A stretch of 61,823 nucleotides of DNA, filler included, from Dugesia japonica (GCA_001938525.1; 6 parts of 6 records of this genome joined end to end with filler, not necessarily neighbours in it), one strand, 5' to 3'. Positions 25,086 to 39,222 are shown, counted from the first letter of the whole stretch. Notes: generated by a model from the letters alone, not told the origin. A program made the numbers and translations.

Positions 25086-28000
25086 TGGAAATTTTATTAA
25101 ATTAAATTAGTGATGGGCTGACTTTTTCAAGCCACGACATACCTAAGCAATGTTTTTTACCATTTAAAATGGTATAAAAAACATGTATTTAAATTCTTTT
25201 TGAAAAAGTTAGAAAAACATACGAAATGACAGAAAGTATAAAAGTAAAATCTTATTATTCATTATGACAAATTTCAAATCAATGCGATGTATGGGCTTGA
25301 TGTTGTGAAATGAACAGTTTACTTTTATTTGAACCGATTCATTAAATTTTAAATCAATGTCAGCCAAGTAATGAAAACCAGTTAATATAAATAAGGTATT
25401 TTAACAAATAAATTGTTAGGTAATCAATATATAGTTAATTAATATTTATATAGTTAAAATATTGATAAAGAGTTTAATCCGATATGTATATGTTGATATA
25501 ATATGATATACCGATGTGTTTGATATGAATATAGTTATATGAGTAAATATTTTATAAATATCCCAATAAATAAGTGGTCAATTTAAAGATAATACACGTT
25601 GTTGGGCTTCAAGATTTTTTTGATGTTATTACGTTTCGTTATGATCCTTCCTTGTTTTTATTTTATCCATTTTTTATATCAATATATCCTTTAGGGGTAA
25701 ATACCCTGAATTCGGTAGAAATTTGATAATACCCCGCTTGTTGTTCATTTACCCTATTGTCCATGTGGAACAATATGGTATCCCGTCGTTAGAAAATCGT
25801 GTTGATGTTCATGTCGCTCAGTTGAATTGCCTTTCTTTAATCATTTACAGAAGTAATAATCGAGTGGAATTTATTATATATTTATTATATATTTATTTAC
25901 AAAACACAAAATTCATCAGGGAAATCCGAAGATGGTTTCTTCAGTTATCTGGCAATCCGGATAAGGCAGCACTTTCTTGGCCTCGTAGTCCTTCCATAGG
26001 GTGCACATATTTGCTAATACCGACGCCTCTCAATTTTTGCGAGCATCCAATTATTGTTGATGAGTGTAAGCTCTCTTTGTTTGCTTACTTTCACCCACTC
26101 ACGCAACCCAGTCATTCTCTTCTCTACGTTCTCTTCCATGTTTTCTCAGATCTCTTAACGATACTTTTTGATCTCGGCTCGGCAAACCTGTTGTTCCGCT
26201 AACTATTCTATTCAATCTGGTTGATTGATTTTGGTGGACATCCTTAAAAGTTAAGAGAGATCAATTGTGTAAAGAAATTTTCAGGCATTAAAGTAATTCA
26301 ATTTTAAGGTTATTCACAATGAAAATTTTATAATTAACAAGTGTAGCATTACCATAATCTAAAAACACTTTATGTATTCAATTTAACACAAAACACATTA
26401 AAACTATACTCTTATATTATCGAATATATTTATATAATCGAATAATAATAAATACAAATATTTACATGTTCAGGTCTCAAAATTTCACAATAATCTATCC
26501 GATCACTTTGTCTTCATCGAATAAATAAAACACCAACGTCAGCACTGCTCGCTCAATACCATTTACCAAACGCTATGCATATTTCTTATGAGCCAGCAAT
26601 TTTAACTTAAGCACCGTATCCTGATAGCTTTTTTTGGAGGTCGACAGCCCGTTCAGTAAATCTCACAGGCCTGCTTTTGTTTCTCTTGGTCCTGGTTTTT
26701 TTTGATCTCCTTGGTCTTGAGCTGCTCAATTTGTTTACTCAGGTCTCATATCTCCTGTCGTCTCTTGTCTTCAAACACCAACGCCGCTGGCACCCAGAGC
26801 ACTAGTGGCAGTGAACTGAAGGTCCATCCACCGAGNGATTTAATTGCATCTTTGTATAACATTTGGCGAGCCATTTCTAATTAAATTTATTTAATAGTCT
26901 TAAATCAATACTCGTAATATAAACACTCAATTATCAAGTGATTTTAACTTTGACCTGAGATTTAATCACTATTCATTTACGAACGAAAATTGTACCATTA
27001 ACTATTTCAGTTTTAATTTCTAGTTGCTCCTAAAAAATTCTTGTGCATTATGGATTTATAAGACTTCTTAACGTTGTACGACTGCCCATTATAAAAGGTA
27101 GATAATTTTAGAATCGTAAATCATTAGAGTTCTTAATAACTGAAATGTTATCAATAATCAAGATACGAATTGGTTCTGTATCATCATGATCTTAGGAATA
27201 GCTATTCAATATCAGTTATTACTGTGGAATTCTTTTTCCTTCAAATTTAACTAATTGATAATCATTAAAATTGAATGAACGTGACCGACACTAAAAGAAT
27301 ACATGATCTTCTGCTTAATCTATGATTAACTGATTTAATGCGTTCACAGGATTTATTTCATTTAAACTTTAAAGTCAACACCGGTCATTAAAGCAATTCC
27401 AAATTTTAAATAATATTTCATGACTCTAAAGATAAGCGATACTTAAAGTCTTTCAAAAAAATTTAGAATTATTACTAATACTGAAAATCGAATCAATGAA
27501 ATATAAAATGTAATTGCTAATACAATAATGTATATTTTAACGATTATTAGATTAAGACAAATAGTTGGAATAAACGAGAAGTAAGATAACTACATGTTTT
27601 TTAAGAATTTAGTTAACTAGCATTCACTCTATTCTACATTATAATCAAATATCATTATTATCATCAGTATATCATCAGAGTTTATTATCCGAGTCTTTAA
27701 AAAATTAACATACACTATTATATATTCTTATGGCCTGTTAGGTAAATCTTCATTTGTTAATTCATTTAGCAAATCAGAATTCATATTGTTAGACATTTTT
27801 TATTTTACTACTATGCTTAATAAGAAAAATGATTATTGAATAGTATTTTAAAAATCTTTATCCAGAATTAACTCAATTGCTATTGGCTCAAAATTATTAA
27901 ATAATAATTATTTCCTCATATGGCCTATATAAATATAGTCTACATATAAAAACATTCATAAAGCATAATTTAAAATTCTAACAACTTCAAAAAACCACCA

Positions 28001-28699
28001 GCTATATATTGATCACCATAATTAGTGATTTTAATTCTTGTCATTAAAAATTTGACATCTTAAATATCATCCAATAAATTTCATTTCTTGTCACTTTTCG
28101 CATTGTATACTGACACGAGAAATTCACAAGTCAAATGGATTTATTCTACTTCATAAACATCTAAATTTTTATATTTATAATATGTTTCCATAACAATAAG
28201 AATCAAGATCATTAAATTTTTATTTGAATTTATATTTTAAACGGAATTCTAAAAACCAAAGTATCTTCTCACTTTTCTCTATTTTCTGTTTTGTGGAGTT
28301 AATCGATTTGGCAGCTGAACATCACAAATAATAATTGTAAATTAATTATATGGTTTTTAAACATTTGATAACCGAGAAAAATTCGAAGAACAGTTAAAGA
28401 AGGAAGGTGTTCAAAATAATTTAAAGAAATCATTCTTTGATCAGAAAAATTCGATAATTCGGAAGTTTTTGAAAACATTCAGTCCAGAACGTTCTGGATT
28501 ATATAGAGTTTACTGTCGATAAATTAGTTTTTTTAATCAATGTTTTGAATTTTAATATTTCTTTTCAATAGTTTGATAAACTATTTTTATTTCAGATTTT
28601 AATGATGAATTCATGAATTCTAATTCTTTATAAACTAGTTAAAGTTAAACTATTTGCGTTCTGAATTCAGTGAGAGATTTAAATGCTTGTAAACATTGC

Positions 28700-29900
28700 A
28701 AAACAAGGTATGAGTAAATTTTACTTATTTTGAGGGATTAACAGACATTTTTATAAATATTTACTCTCTATAGACCTATGTATCTTCAAAGCAAAATTCT
28801 AAATTTATAGTTCTGGCGATATATTATCTAAAAATCGCCTTATTTCCTTTTGTAAATGTAAAGCAACATAGTTATTATATTTAGGAATGGCATTGGCGAT
28901 TTATCTTTTACTAATATAACTATCAACATGTCTTTAGTTCTTGTGCAATAATTTTTGCAGATTAATGATAAAAATGTAGGCTTCAAACCACTTTTACCAT
29001 CGGAGATTTACTTGCTCAGCAAAAGAAAATGAGAGACCTGAAAAACCTTAACGACCAAAGTTATGATCTGGAAATCGCGGACTTGAGAATTTTTGGGGTC
29101 ATTTGGAGACATCACAGTAAATTAAACAACTTTGAAAATGTGAAGTATCCACAAATATATGAAAATTAAGCAATCAATGTCTAAAAGTCCTTGAAAAACA
29201 ATCGAATAGATAAGGATAGATGTTTGACTAAATGTAAGGTCTTATAATAGTTTGGGCGCAACAAGTTTTTCNGTTTCAAAAATAAAAGCTCGACATTTGT
29301 TTTAATTTCTATTTATGACTTGTAATAATAAGTAATGGGACTTTTGTTCCATCAAGACAGAGGGCTAAAATACTAATAACTCTTATGACGATATGAACGA
29401 GGCACTTCGCCGGTCAATTATCGCTTTAAATTCTTGGTACATAAATACTTCATTCTCATACATGACATTCATATTGAAAAAATCAATACCATCAACAAAG
29501 AATTTGAATGCGAGAAATAGTTCATTACCATCNNNNNNNNNTAGGATTGTCAATCTTCTTAATCAGAGCCTATATTGCTTGAAGAATTTTTCCAATCAGT
29601 GTATTGATGATTTCAATATCTCTAGAGATTTATCAAAATGGGACTTCTTTTCAAGAGCAAATACTTGAATATCAGCCCTGTGCACAATAAAATTCCTTGT
29701 TCTTCTGTCTACAATCCATTCCACAATGTCATCTTTTAAATCTAGAAATAACGTTTGTCGACCTGATCCAAGCTTGCATTTCTTAAAATCGTCTCTATCT
29801 ACTTGTAAGCCTATTTCCAAGAAAACACGATGTAGATATATTTCGTTCATGAATAAGGCTTTACGATTTATTGAGACTTTATTAATAACTTGTCAAAGAA
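28700..29900 (-). mobile_element. pogo/Tigger-type transposase pseudogene
   Basis: CENP-B-type HTH (GSGRQTLFLDLKDDIVEWIVDRRTRNFIVHRADIQ), then decayed DDE segments (LDGTKVP). Tigger-like end ggattatatagagtttactg near 28515. Confidence 0.75.
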
Positions 29901-30275
29901 GAAAGAAAACAGTCACGTTATTCAAAAATATAGAAAATTACTAGAATTTCAGTAATTGGAAAAATTAAATTTGACCATCACTCGATTAACTGTGATCTGA
30001 GATCCATTTACTACCAATTCCAAAGATTTATAACTTTTACAGCACCGGCTTTGAGCCATGTAGCAACATATTTTCCGGCGCTCACTATGGTTGATAAAAG
30101 CTCTAAGAAAACAGCAATAAATATAGAATTAAATACATATTTCTGACTTTCGTTTCACAATATTTCTGCCTTCATAATTACTTTTCCGAAAAGCATTTCG
30201 TCATTAAAAAGTGTGTAAATCGGTGAGGCATTATTATAAAATTGATTCATTATTTTATTGCTTTTAAATTATTAT

Positions 30276-30510
30276 TTCATTAAAATTAAGCTTCGATCAA
30301 ATTTATTTGATAATTCTAATTTTCGAGTTTGTTTTCGTCAGGAATTGACATTTTTCCTGACGAAGACAAACTTGAAAACTAGAATTATTATCAATAACCA
30401 AAAAATCGAATTTTGATCGAAGCTTTTATTTTAATGAATTCTGAAAAACTATCATTGGCTACGTCCAACAATTATTCTCGCGATAATTCTTGTAATTGTA
30501 AAATAATTCA
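30276..30510. repeat. Foldback/MITE-like hairpin element
   Basis: Nested inverted arms ttcattaaaattaagcttcgatcaaa...ttcgagtttgttttcgtcaggaa and ttcctgacgaagacaaacttgaa...tttgatcgaagcttttattttaatgaa. Confidence 0.8.
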
Positions 30511-31559
30511 TTTTGTCTGTTTTTGAAATTATTATAATTATGATATTTTAGTGTGTGAAGTTAGTTCAGACGCAGTTTCTAACCCATTATTCTACTGACA
30601 TCTGAAGAGACTAGTTCAATATCTGTCAACAAAATTTAAAGCTCAATGGCGTCGTATTGGAAGATAAAATATTAAATAAAAGACATACTTATATTGTTTC
30701 ATAATTCTATTTCTTGCTTGTTTAAATTATTTATAAATTTATCACAAACATTATTTCTATTATATGAAAATTTTTTTGTTGTCATTCATACTTAATCATT
30801 TTCAATTGCAATTTCTGCCAGTTTTGTTACCAGCTAAATGAAATAAAAAGCAAATATCAGTCAATTCACTTGCCATTGTTAGTTTGTTCATACATAGTAT
30901 TAATGAAAATGATTAAATAAATTGATTTTATGTTTTAATAAATTTTGAGAATTTTATTTTTTTTGTATAGTTTAGTTATTTATTAGTTATTTATTAGTTA
31001 TTTTTCGTCTAAGTTAATCTTTTTCTGAGATAATCAATAGAATTGAAAAGGTTATTTTTGGATGAGAATGGTAAAGTAACATATTTTAGGATTGGTCAAA
31101 ATTTTACAATAATTTCAAATGACTTGACACTCATGAATAGTATCTATGTAAAAGATGTCCAACATTTTTAAGCTCAGGGAACAATGAGAAAATCTCCAGA
31201 TAATGCGGACTTACAGCACACAGTGATAATTTTAATACACTTTTTATATTTATTTTGCGTTTATATTACAAGCATAATAAAGAAACATAATTTGATAAAA
31301 CTAATTAAAATGCTTTCTTGAAAATGTCATGATGCGATATATATATATATAATGATATTTTCATATTTAACGAAAAATCAAAAAATAAATATCATTTTCA
31401 ATACTAATATTGCTTTAAATTACATAAATCGTGTTAATGGGAAAATATTTATCTTTAACATTCGTTAGTAAATTTGTCATTAAAAAACAACTAAAAACGA
31501 TCATCTACTTTTTTAAATACAATTCAATTTTAAAATTTTGAATTAAGATATGGATGCAA

Positions 31560-32230
31560 GATAATATTTTGAATTACAGAATAAGTATACAGGAGCACAA
31601 TGACAGATGAGAAAGTTGTTAGATAATCTCTCAAGTATTCAGATTACAATATATCATCGAAAATATAAAATCTGAATCCGAAAAAATCAGTGCGAATAAA
31701 AATTGGGGGTTTTCTAATACAAATACGTCAAAATCATGAAAAATTTAGAAGGTTTATTAAAAGATGCGAACATTACGAGAAGCGGATTTAAAATACGGAT
31801 GAATTTCGTATAGATTCTTTCGAAAGCTTGATTGTTCTCTACTAGGAATGATACTTTTATAATGGATACAGATGCCACCCATTTCTCAATGGGAATAGTC
31901 TTAACTCAAATTCTAGATAATGAAACAAACGTAAGATATTACGGATCTAAAAAACTTTCGTAAGCTAAAAAATATATTGCATTTCCATAAATGAACTCAC
32001 GTAAGTTTACTGTGTGTAGAAATATAAGCATGATTTATTAGACAAGAAATTTATTATTTGCACTAATTATAAGATGATAACATGAATGATGAATTGTAAA
32101 AAACAAACATATCACCGTACTGCTCCTGGATTGATGAACTAAGTATTTATAATTTAGAAATTCAGCATAAAATGAGGAAATGACACGCAAATTCAGATGC
32201 ACTTGCAAAAGAAGTCTAAAGAGATCGATG
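31560..32230 (+). mobile_element. Ty3/Gypsy pol (RNase H region) remnant
   Basis: DTFIMDTDATHFSMGIVLTQ...YYGSKKLS and WIDELSIYNLEIQHK...HANSDAL. Confidence 0.8.
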
Positions 32231-33055
32231 TGAAATTAAACATATCAATCTAAATACTAAACGAAATTACGATAAAATAATGGGTATCTAATACTGAAAT
32301 ATAAGTGGTCTCTAAAAAATAATTAACAATGAATTAATTTATATTTACTGCAATCAAGTTTTTAAAAAATATTCAGAATACAGAGCATTTGTTTCCATTA
32401 ATTAAAGTATTTCAAATTTGAAATCTATCCAGTATCCTTGGATACAGAGGTTCATGCACTTAGAGCGGTACCAAGTGAAAAAAAGGTCATTTTAAAACGT
32501 GTTTAAATTTTGCTACAATCTTGTTTAAAATTCAGATCTTCTATTTGTTAAATATAAAATCAGTACAATTAATAAAGTCAATTAAGAGCAGTTAGTAAAG
32601 TTCAAAGAAATGTTGCAGGGATATTATTCCATAATAAACAAAGTTTAATTTTAATTAATTATTCGAATATTAAAGTTAAAACCCGATTCAATACGTCAGC
32701 ATAAATTATTAAACATTAAAAATATATTTTCGATTATGAAAAAATAATCTCTCAAGTAATGAAATATTGTCCTGATAAGATTGTAAAAATTTTTAAATAG
32801 ATTTGATTATCATTATTATTTTGAAAAAGAGAAAACAATATCAACAACGCATACCTACATGAATAATAACTTTATCATATTGGAAAATTCTGATTACATC
32901 TGAATAACAAATTATAAAAAAAACGTAAATAAAACTTTTATTAGTCGAATAGGAAAAAATATTCTTATTAATATTAAAGCTTCAACTAATTAAAAATCGT
33001 AAATCAAATAAATTTATTGTTAGAGATCCAAATTTTCAAAAACAGGCTTATTGAT

Positions 33056-33155
33056 NNNNNNNNNNNNNNNNNNNNNNNNNNNNNNNNNNNNNNNNNNNNT
33101 TAATTAATTAANNNNNNNNNNNNNNNNNNNNNNNNNNNNNNNNNNNNNNNNNNNN
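33056..33155. other. Artificial scaffold-joining spacer
   Basis: 44N-TTAATTAATTAA-44N. Confidence 0.95.
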
Positions 33156-33359
33156 AATATAATATAAAATATACCAAATTAAAAGATTTCCCAGATATTT
33201 TAAAATATATTTATCACTCTTACAGTAAATATTTGCTTAACAAATAATTTTCATCATTATTAACGACATTTTCACAATATTCGGGAAATCTTTGAATTCT
33301 ATCATAGAGGAATTAATCTTAATCTTTTTTGTATTTATTGGATTTAAACCATTGGACAA

Positions 33360-34050
33360 GGTTATACGCTGAGATTTGGCGAAGAAGTATTCAGCAGAAA
33401 ATCATCTATGGGAGCGAGCAAATTTTTCAGACGAGAAGTGGTTTTCCCTTGGTAGATCAGATGACTGGAGAACATATGGAAAGAAATTGAAAGTCATTTA
33501 TCGTCCCAATCACCAGAAAAATGGTGAGGCTATTATGGTATAGGCCATGGTTCTGCCAATTTGTCTCTTATCATAGAAAATATTAAATAAAGACTTTGAA
33601 AGTCCTGAATATATAGATCTACTCTACAAAGGTATTGCATTCATTTGTAAATTTAATTATGGGAAGAGCTTATGGTTCCAACAGGATAATTCCAGAATCC
33701 ATACTGCAAGGATAGTTAAAGAATGAATGGCTGTTGCACATTTTCAAGTGTTTTCATGGCCTGCTCGATCTCCGGATTTAAACATAATGGAGAATATCTG
33801 GAAAATTTTAGAAGATGTTATATATGACAGGTCTTCACTAATGTCTCTAAGTGATTTAAAATAAGAAATACGAAAAGCGTTCTAGTTAATCTATACAACC
33901 CAACGATGACTTATTATCAATCTTTATTATACTTTTAGAGGATACCAAGTCAAGTAATAATAAGGTAATTGTAAATAATAGTAATGGGATAAATAAATAG
34001 TAACGTGTTGTACCTTTATCTGGATGTTGTCAATAATTAGGCACACCTGA
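33360..34050 (+). mobile_element. Tc1/Tc3-like DD34E transposase pseudogene with 3' TIR
   Basis: WERANFSDEKWFSL, then FQQDNSRIH...WPARSPDLNIMENIW with 34 residues between D and E. Terminus caataattaggcacacctg. Confidence 0.88.
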
Positions 34051-35229
34051 AATACAATTATTCAAACAAAAATGTTTATATCAGTAATCGAATTCAAAAG
34101 TCTAATAAATAAATCTTTAACCTTATTTGAGAAAAATGTCTTTAAAAAAAATTTTCTACATCGATAAAAAAGTGACATTTTTAGGGTAGTCAAAAGAACT
34201 GCTTTTATAACAATATTGTTTTACTATTCAACTCGAAATTAAAATCTAAACATATTTTGCATAGGGTTTACTGCAGACAAATGCATGGTTCTCGAAAATA
34301 ATATATAATAAATTTTAAATTATAATTATAAATAAAGTAATAATAATTTTAATATAATTTTAGTCCAATAAACTCCGAATTAAAACCTTTATAGGAATAT
34401 AAGTTTTCTTTTACATGTTTGGTTCTCTCAGAAAGAGATATGGCTGTGGTATTTCTAAATACTGTGTGTGTTGAGTTAAATAATTGTGCTGTGTTGAGTT
34501 GAGTTGAAAGAAGTAACAATAATTTCTATAATAATAAATAATAACAATAAATAGTAATTTGTATAATAATAATTTTAATAATAATTAAAAATAGTTTGTA
34601 TATAGTAATTAATTATTAATAATAAGCAAAAATAATAATTAAAATAATAATTATAAAAATAAATAATTATTATAATAATATGAAAAAAAATTACAATTTT
34701 AATAATTATAAATAATGATTTAAATAATCAAAAATGATAAAAATTGTTTTAATAAAATTTATTATAATTGAAGTATTAATAATAATTTCATTAATGAATA
34801 ATAATAAATTATAATAATAATTTCATTAATGAATAATAAAAAATTATAATAATAATAAATATTTATAGTCAATAATAATGATTTTAATAATATTCAATAA
34901 TAAGAAGAAATAATATTTAATAATTAACATATAATTAAAATTTTGAAATGATTTTAAATTAGTTCTATTTGTAATCTTAAAGCTATTTTACTAATAAAAT
35001 TAGCATTATAAAATTTTGTAACATTAAGATAAATCGATTTACATTGAAAGATTTCTAAAATCATGCATATTTTTAAAATGTCAAGATTTATTTCAAATTA
35101 TATTGTTTCTTTCGTTTCTCATAATTGGTCTGGATTCTTTTAATAGTCTAAATTTTAATTTAGTTTAATTGAGTTTTTTGATCAAGTACTTTGATAAAAT
35201 ACTACTAGTTATATTCACTAATTTATTCA

Positions 35230-35500
35230 TTGATTTACTGAAGCACATGAGCTTACTACACATAGTTACTTTTGCTTTATCACCTTGGTTTTATTGAAAA
35301 TCATGGATTTCTGTGTCATATGGTTTACTGAAATTCATATGGTTTACTGTTTTACATTAGCTTTATTGAAACACATGAGGTTACTGTGTCACATTGGCTT
35401 ACTTTATCAATGTTTTACTGAACTCATGGGTTTTACTGTATCAAATCGGTTTTCTGTACTCATTTGCTTACTATATTCACTTGTTTATTATATTTACTGG
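35230..35500. repeat. Degenerate minisatellite (~30-50 bp units)
   Basis: Repeated tttactgaa-(n)-catg-(g)gtttactgtgtca blocks. Confidence 0.7.
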
Positions 35501-35949
35501 CATTTTTTATTCTTTGCTAAACTCTGTGAAATTTATAAAACTTAGAGAAATTAAGGAAATTAATAGAAATTTGACAAATCCTAAAATAAATCAGTCTATA
35601 TTTTCATCACAGATTTATACATATTTATGTAATTACTTATGAACTTAGTAATATTTTCAGCAACTTTATAAAATCTTGTTATCCAAATATAATTTTGACT
35701 TGAAAAATTGCAAACTAATATCTCAATGTACAATAGATGGTGACAATTTGGTTATAGATGTTTAATAATTTATAAGGCTATACAAATGTAAGGAAAGAGG
35801 CTTTTAATAGGAAAAAGAATAAAGTGATAAACAATTCATTGTGTACTTATTTAAATAATAATTGATTTAGGTCTTCCGTTTTTTATTGCATTGATAATGA
35901 GAATGTTACAGTCATTTCCATTATTTGTTAGAGACGATTTACTTCAGAT

Positions 35950-36300
35950 TATCGTGAATTTTGTTATTAGTGTGTGTAATCATAAGTTAAAATTTAAGAT
36001 ATGCATTGGAAAAACATAAAAAATCGTTGCTAACACTTAATGTTTCCATCATAAAAAGCAACCCAATGACTTCCTTTTTGATTTGTATTTTGATAAATAT
36101 AAAATATACTTATTTTTCGAGACACACGTGTCTGGGATTTTAGTAGTGATCTTATTTGTCATTAATATTTGAATCCTAAAGGGCCTCATCTCTAAATTTA
36201 AAAATTTTGCAATAGAATACAAATCAAAATTAGTTTTATTATTAATTCCAAATGTTTTTAAAAAATCTAAGATCCGGTAGTAATTTTCTTATATGAACTA
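35950..36300 (-). pseudogene. Adenain-like cysteine protease fragment (Polinton)
   Basis: FRDE...IYQNTNQKGSHWVAF contains the catalytic-His motif GxHWVA. The C-terminal Cys motif is not recognisable. Confidence 0.6.
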
Positions 36301-36931
36301 ATAAAGAAATAGTTTCACCACCAAATCAATTGGATTATTATTTTCATCTATAATATTAAATTTTAAAGAATCAATACATTTGAAGTTTAATCTTGAATAG
36401 ATAGGAGTCAAAGGTCTTTCTATAATTTTAAAACCAAAACTACAATATTTACATGAAACGAATATAATAGATTCATTGGAAATTCAATGATATAATTACC
36501 TTTAACTAAATTGCTAGTTATATTTATCATATTAATGTTTAATATATCAACTTCATTTTCTGAATAATATTTTCCTGGTAAATATGCTTTTAATAAAAAA
36601 CCTAAGATTGAATGAAACAAAGATTTAACACCAAATTGTATTGTATGTTTTGCTGTTAAAGCACATTTTGTTGTTGATATATCAGGAACCATTTCAATTC
36701 CATAATCTTTTAATTTACTAGAGATTTCATTAATTCCATAAGCACCTGGTTCAATGGACTTTGTTGTTTTTTCAATATAAAAGTATTATTTTTATTAGTA
36801 ACATTAAAAATTATATTATCACAATTAAAAGATAATAAAGCCATTTCATAATCAGAATCTTATTATATTGGAAAGCTTAAATTAACTTCTAAATTAAATT
36901 CTTATCCAATAACTAAAAATTGATGAGACAT
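36300..36931 (-). pseudogene. Polinton minor capsid (penton) protein
   Basis: DYEMALLSF..NIIFNVT, IEPGAYGINEI, SILGF..YYSENEVDILNINMINITSNLVKGNY, LYSF, FNIIDENNNPIDFGGETI; frameshifted. Confidence 0.7.
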
Positions 36932-37893
36932 TTTATTTAACTAAAATTTATAATGCAAAGGTTTCATACCTAAAATATTTGTTTTTATAAACATTATATA
37001 TTTTCTTTAGTAATTAATTTGTAATCTAATAATTCTTTACAAACAGATTTAATTTCTTTGTGTATTATTATTATTATTCTTTGTGTATTATTCTGCTGAA
37101 ATTAATAATGTTAATCTTTCAAACAAAGATACTGGCTCTGGGTTTAAAGTAGAGTTTGAAGTAAAGTTTGAAATTAATTCTAAGCCTAATAATATCATCT
37201 TGAATTTCTTTTTCCTCAGTTAAAAATTTATAATATTTAGAATTAGGATGAACTGAAATATTAAAATGTTTTAAATAAATATCTTTTGCTTTTGAATTAT
37301 TACTTTCATTTCCTAAAATTAAATTCATTATTTCTTCAGAATAAGAAATTAGTTCTTGGTTATTTAAAAAGTATTTCTTTCCATTTTCTTCAAACAAATA
37401 TATTACTGTTTGTGATCCATTAAGATTAGGACAAATTATTATTTGAAAGTTTTACCAAAAATAACTTCTTTTTCAAATATAAGTATATTTGTGAGAGACT
37501 TTAAAAATTCAGTATTTACAATAGTACTTGGAAAGAAAAGTATTCTTTTTTGAAAAGGGTTTATTGGTTTTGTACTTAATTTTTCAGTAGCCTTAATTGT
37601 TGTTCCAAAGTAAAATTGTGTTGTAAAGTTTTTGATTCAATTACTCCTTTAGTAATTAAATTATCATAGTCATCTTCAGATTTAATTAATTCTTTCTAAA
37701 GTTTTATTCTTACCAACATTTCTTCATTATTTATTTTATTTAGGATTATCATGAGGATTGTCATAAGGTTTTAAATTTAAACCATCACGACTAGTTTTTA
37801 TTTGTATTCCATTTTTAATGTTTTTAGTAATCAAGTTCAACTCTGGTAAACTATATTTTAAATATTTATGAATTGCACTTCCTTGATAAGGTT

Positions 37894-38247
37894 TTAAGTA
37901 AAGTCCTGAACCCTCTTTTGTAATTCTTCTTTTTTCTTATTTGCTTCTAATTTTTCTTGAAATTCCCTTCGGTCACGAGTATCAATGAGTTTTCTTTTCT
38001 GTAATTCAACTAATTCAGTTTCTTTTTGTTTTTTAATTGCATCTCTAGAATTACTTAAAGTACTAGCAATTCCAGTGGCATTAACAGCAAGGAAAGCAAA
38101 TCCTACTTCATGTTTTTTACATAATTTCTTTTTTATTTCTTTTTTAGCTATATTACCAATCCTAAAGATTTTACCATTACTTTTTACAGATTTACTTTTA
38201 TTTGAATTTATCAAATCAATTAATTTTTGTTCTGATATTGAAAGCAT
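37894..38247 (-). CDS. Polinton/adintovirus cupiennin-like (putative membrane-active/core) protein, probably decayed
   Basis: Basic N-terminus, then KKHEVGFAFLAVNATGIASTLSNSRDAIKKQKETELVELQKR (amphipathic GF..L...GIAS motif plus coiled coil). Position within the block supports the call. Confidence 0.5.
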   Translation of the reverse strand: MLSISEQKLIDLINSNKSKSVKSNGKIFRIGNIAKKEIKKKLCKKHEVGFAFLAVNATGIASTLSNSRDAIKKQKETELVELQKRKLIDTRDRREFQEKLEANKKKEELQKRVQDFT

Positions 38248-38569
38248 TTTATTTACTTATAGTTTGAAAACAATAATTCAAATTCTCTTTTGAAAATTAA
38301 ATCCTTTTCTCCTCTCACTTCTCACCTTTCATCTCCTCTTTTTGCCTCCCTCCTCCGCTTTTTCCTCTTAATTTAAGAGGCAGGAGAATTTTAAAGAGGT
38401 AAGAGGTATTTTAAAGAGTAGAAATAAATTAAACCTCTTTACCTCTTTAAAATCATCTTTCTCTTCTTCAAAAAAATCTTCAATCAACACATTTGCTACT
38501 CTATCTAAATAGTAATAATTATACTTTGTTTTCAAATGTAAATTTACATTATAATCATATTCCATTTAA

Positions 38570-39222
38570 CTAGAAAATATATTACTAAATAAATTATAAT
38601 AGACATTATCTTTATCAGTTTTATTTAATTTAAAAAAGATGAAACAATTAGAATTGTTTCTAATTGAATTTATATCCAAATGAAAATATGTTGAGAAATA
38701 AAAATTACATTAAAATTCACATGGCTTCCTCTAGTAAAATAAATTTTCTGAATTTCTTGATCTTTAACATTTACAACATCATCAAAAATTATTAAATTCT
38801 TTTTTTGTTTATATATTTTATCACAAGGAATAATTTCATTTGGTTTATTACTTAAAACTACGTTTATCAATCTTTTTTATTTGTTAAATATTCTTTTGCT
38901 ATAAACCATTGAATAACTTGCAATGGTGTTATTAAAGAATGTAACCCTTTAGAATCAGGAACTATATTTTGATGTTCAAAAAAAAAATAATATCTTGTTT
39001 TGTTAATCCATTTTCAAAACCATGATAAAGTTATTGTAATTCAAATTGGTTTATAGTTGTAAAATAAATTATCAAAGTATCATTATCTAAAAACACTCGA
39101 GTTACTAACATTTTCATTAACAAAAAATTTTTACCCGATCCAGAAAATCTAATTATTAATAATCTAAATTTAAATGGAAAGATTTTATGATTAAAGATAT
39201 TTTTATTCCAAATTAAAGCCAT
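38570..39222 (-). pseudogene. A32/FtsK-like DNA packaging ATPase (Polinton type 1)
   Basis: FRLLIIRFSGSGKN (Walker A), NLIIFDDV (Walker B), IYFTRGSHVNFNVIFISQ, SIRNNSNCFIFFK. Confidence 0.88.

Noticed and set aside
25723-26202. 159-aa plus-strand ORF as a host gene
   Set aside because: Non-ATG start, no recognisable domain, crosses a compositional boundary.
35230-35500. CRISPR-like array
   Set aside because: Eukaryotic context, degenerate repeats, no unique spacers, no cas genes.
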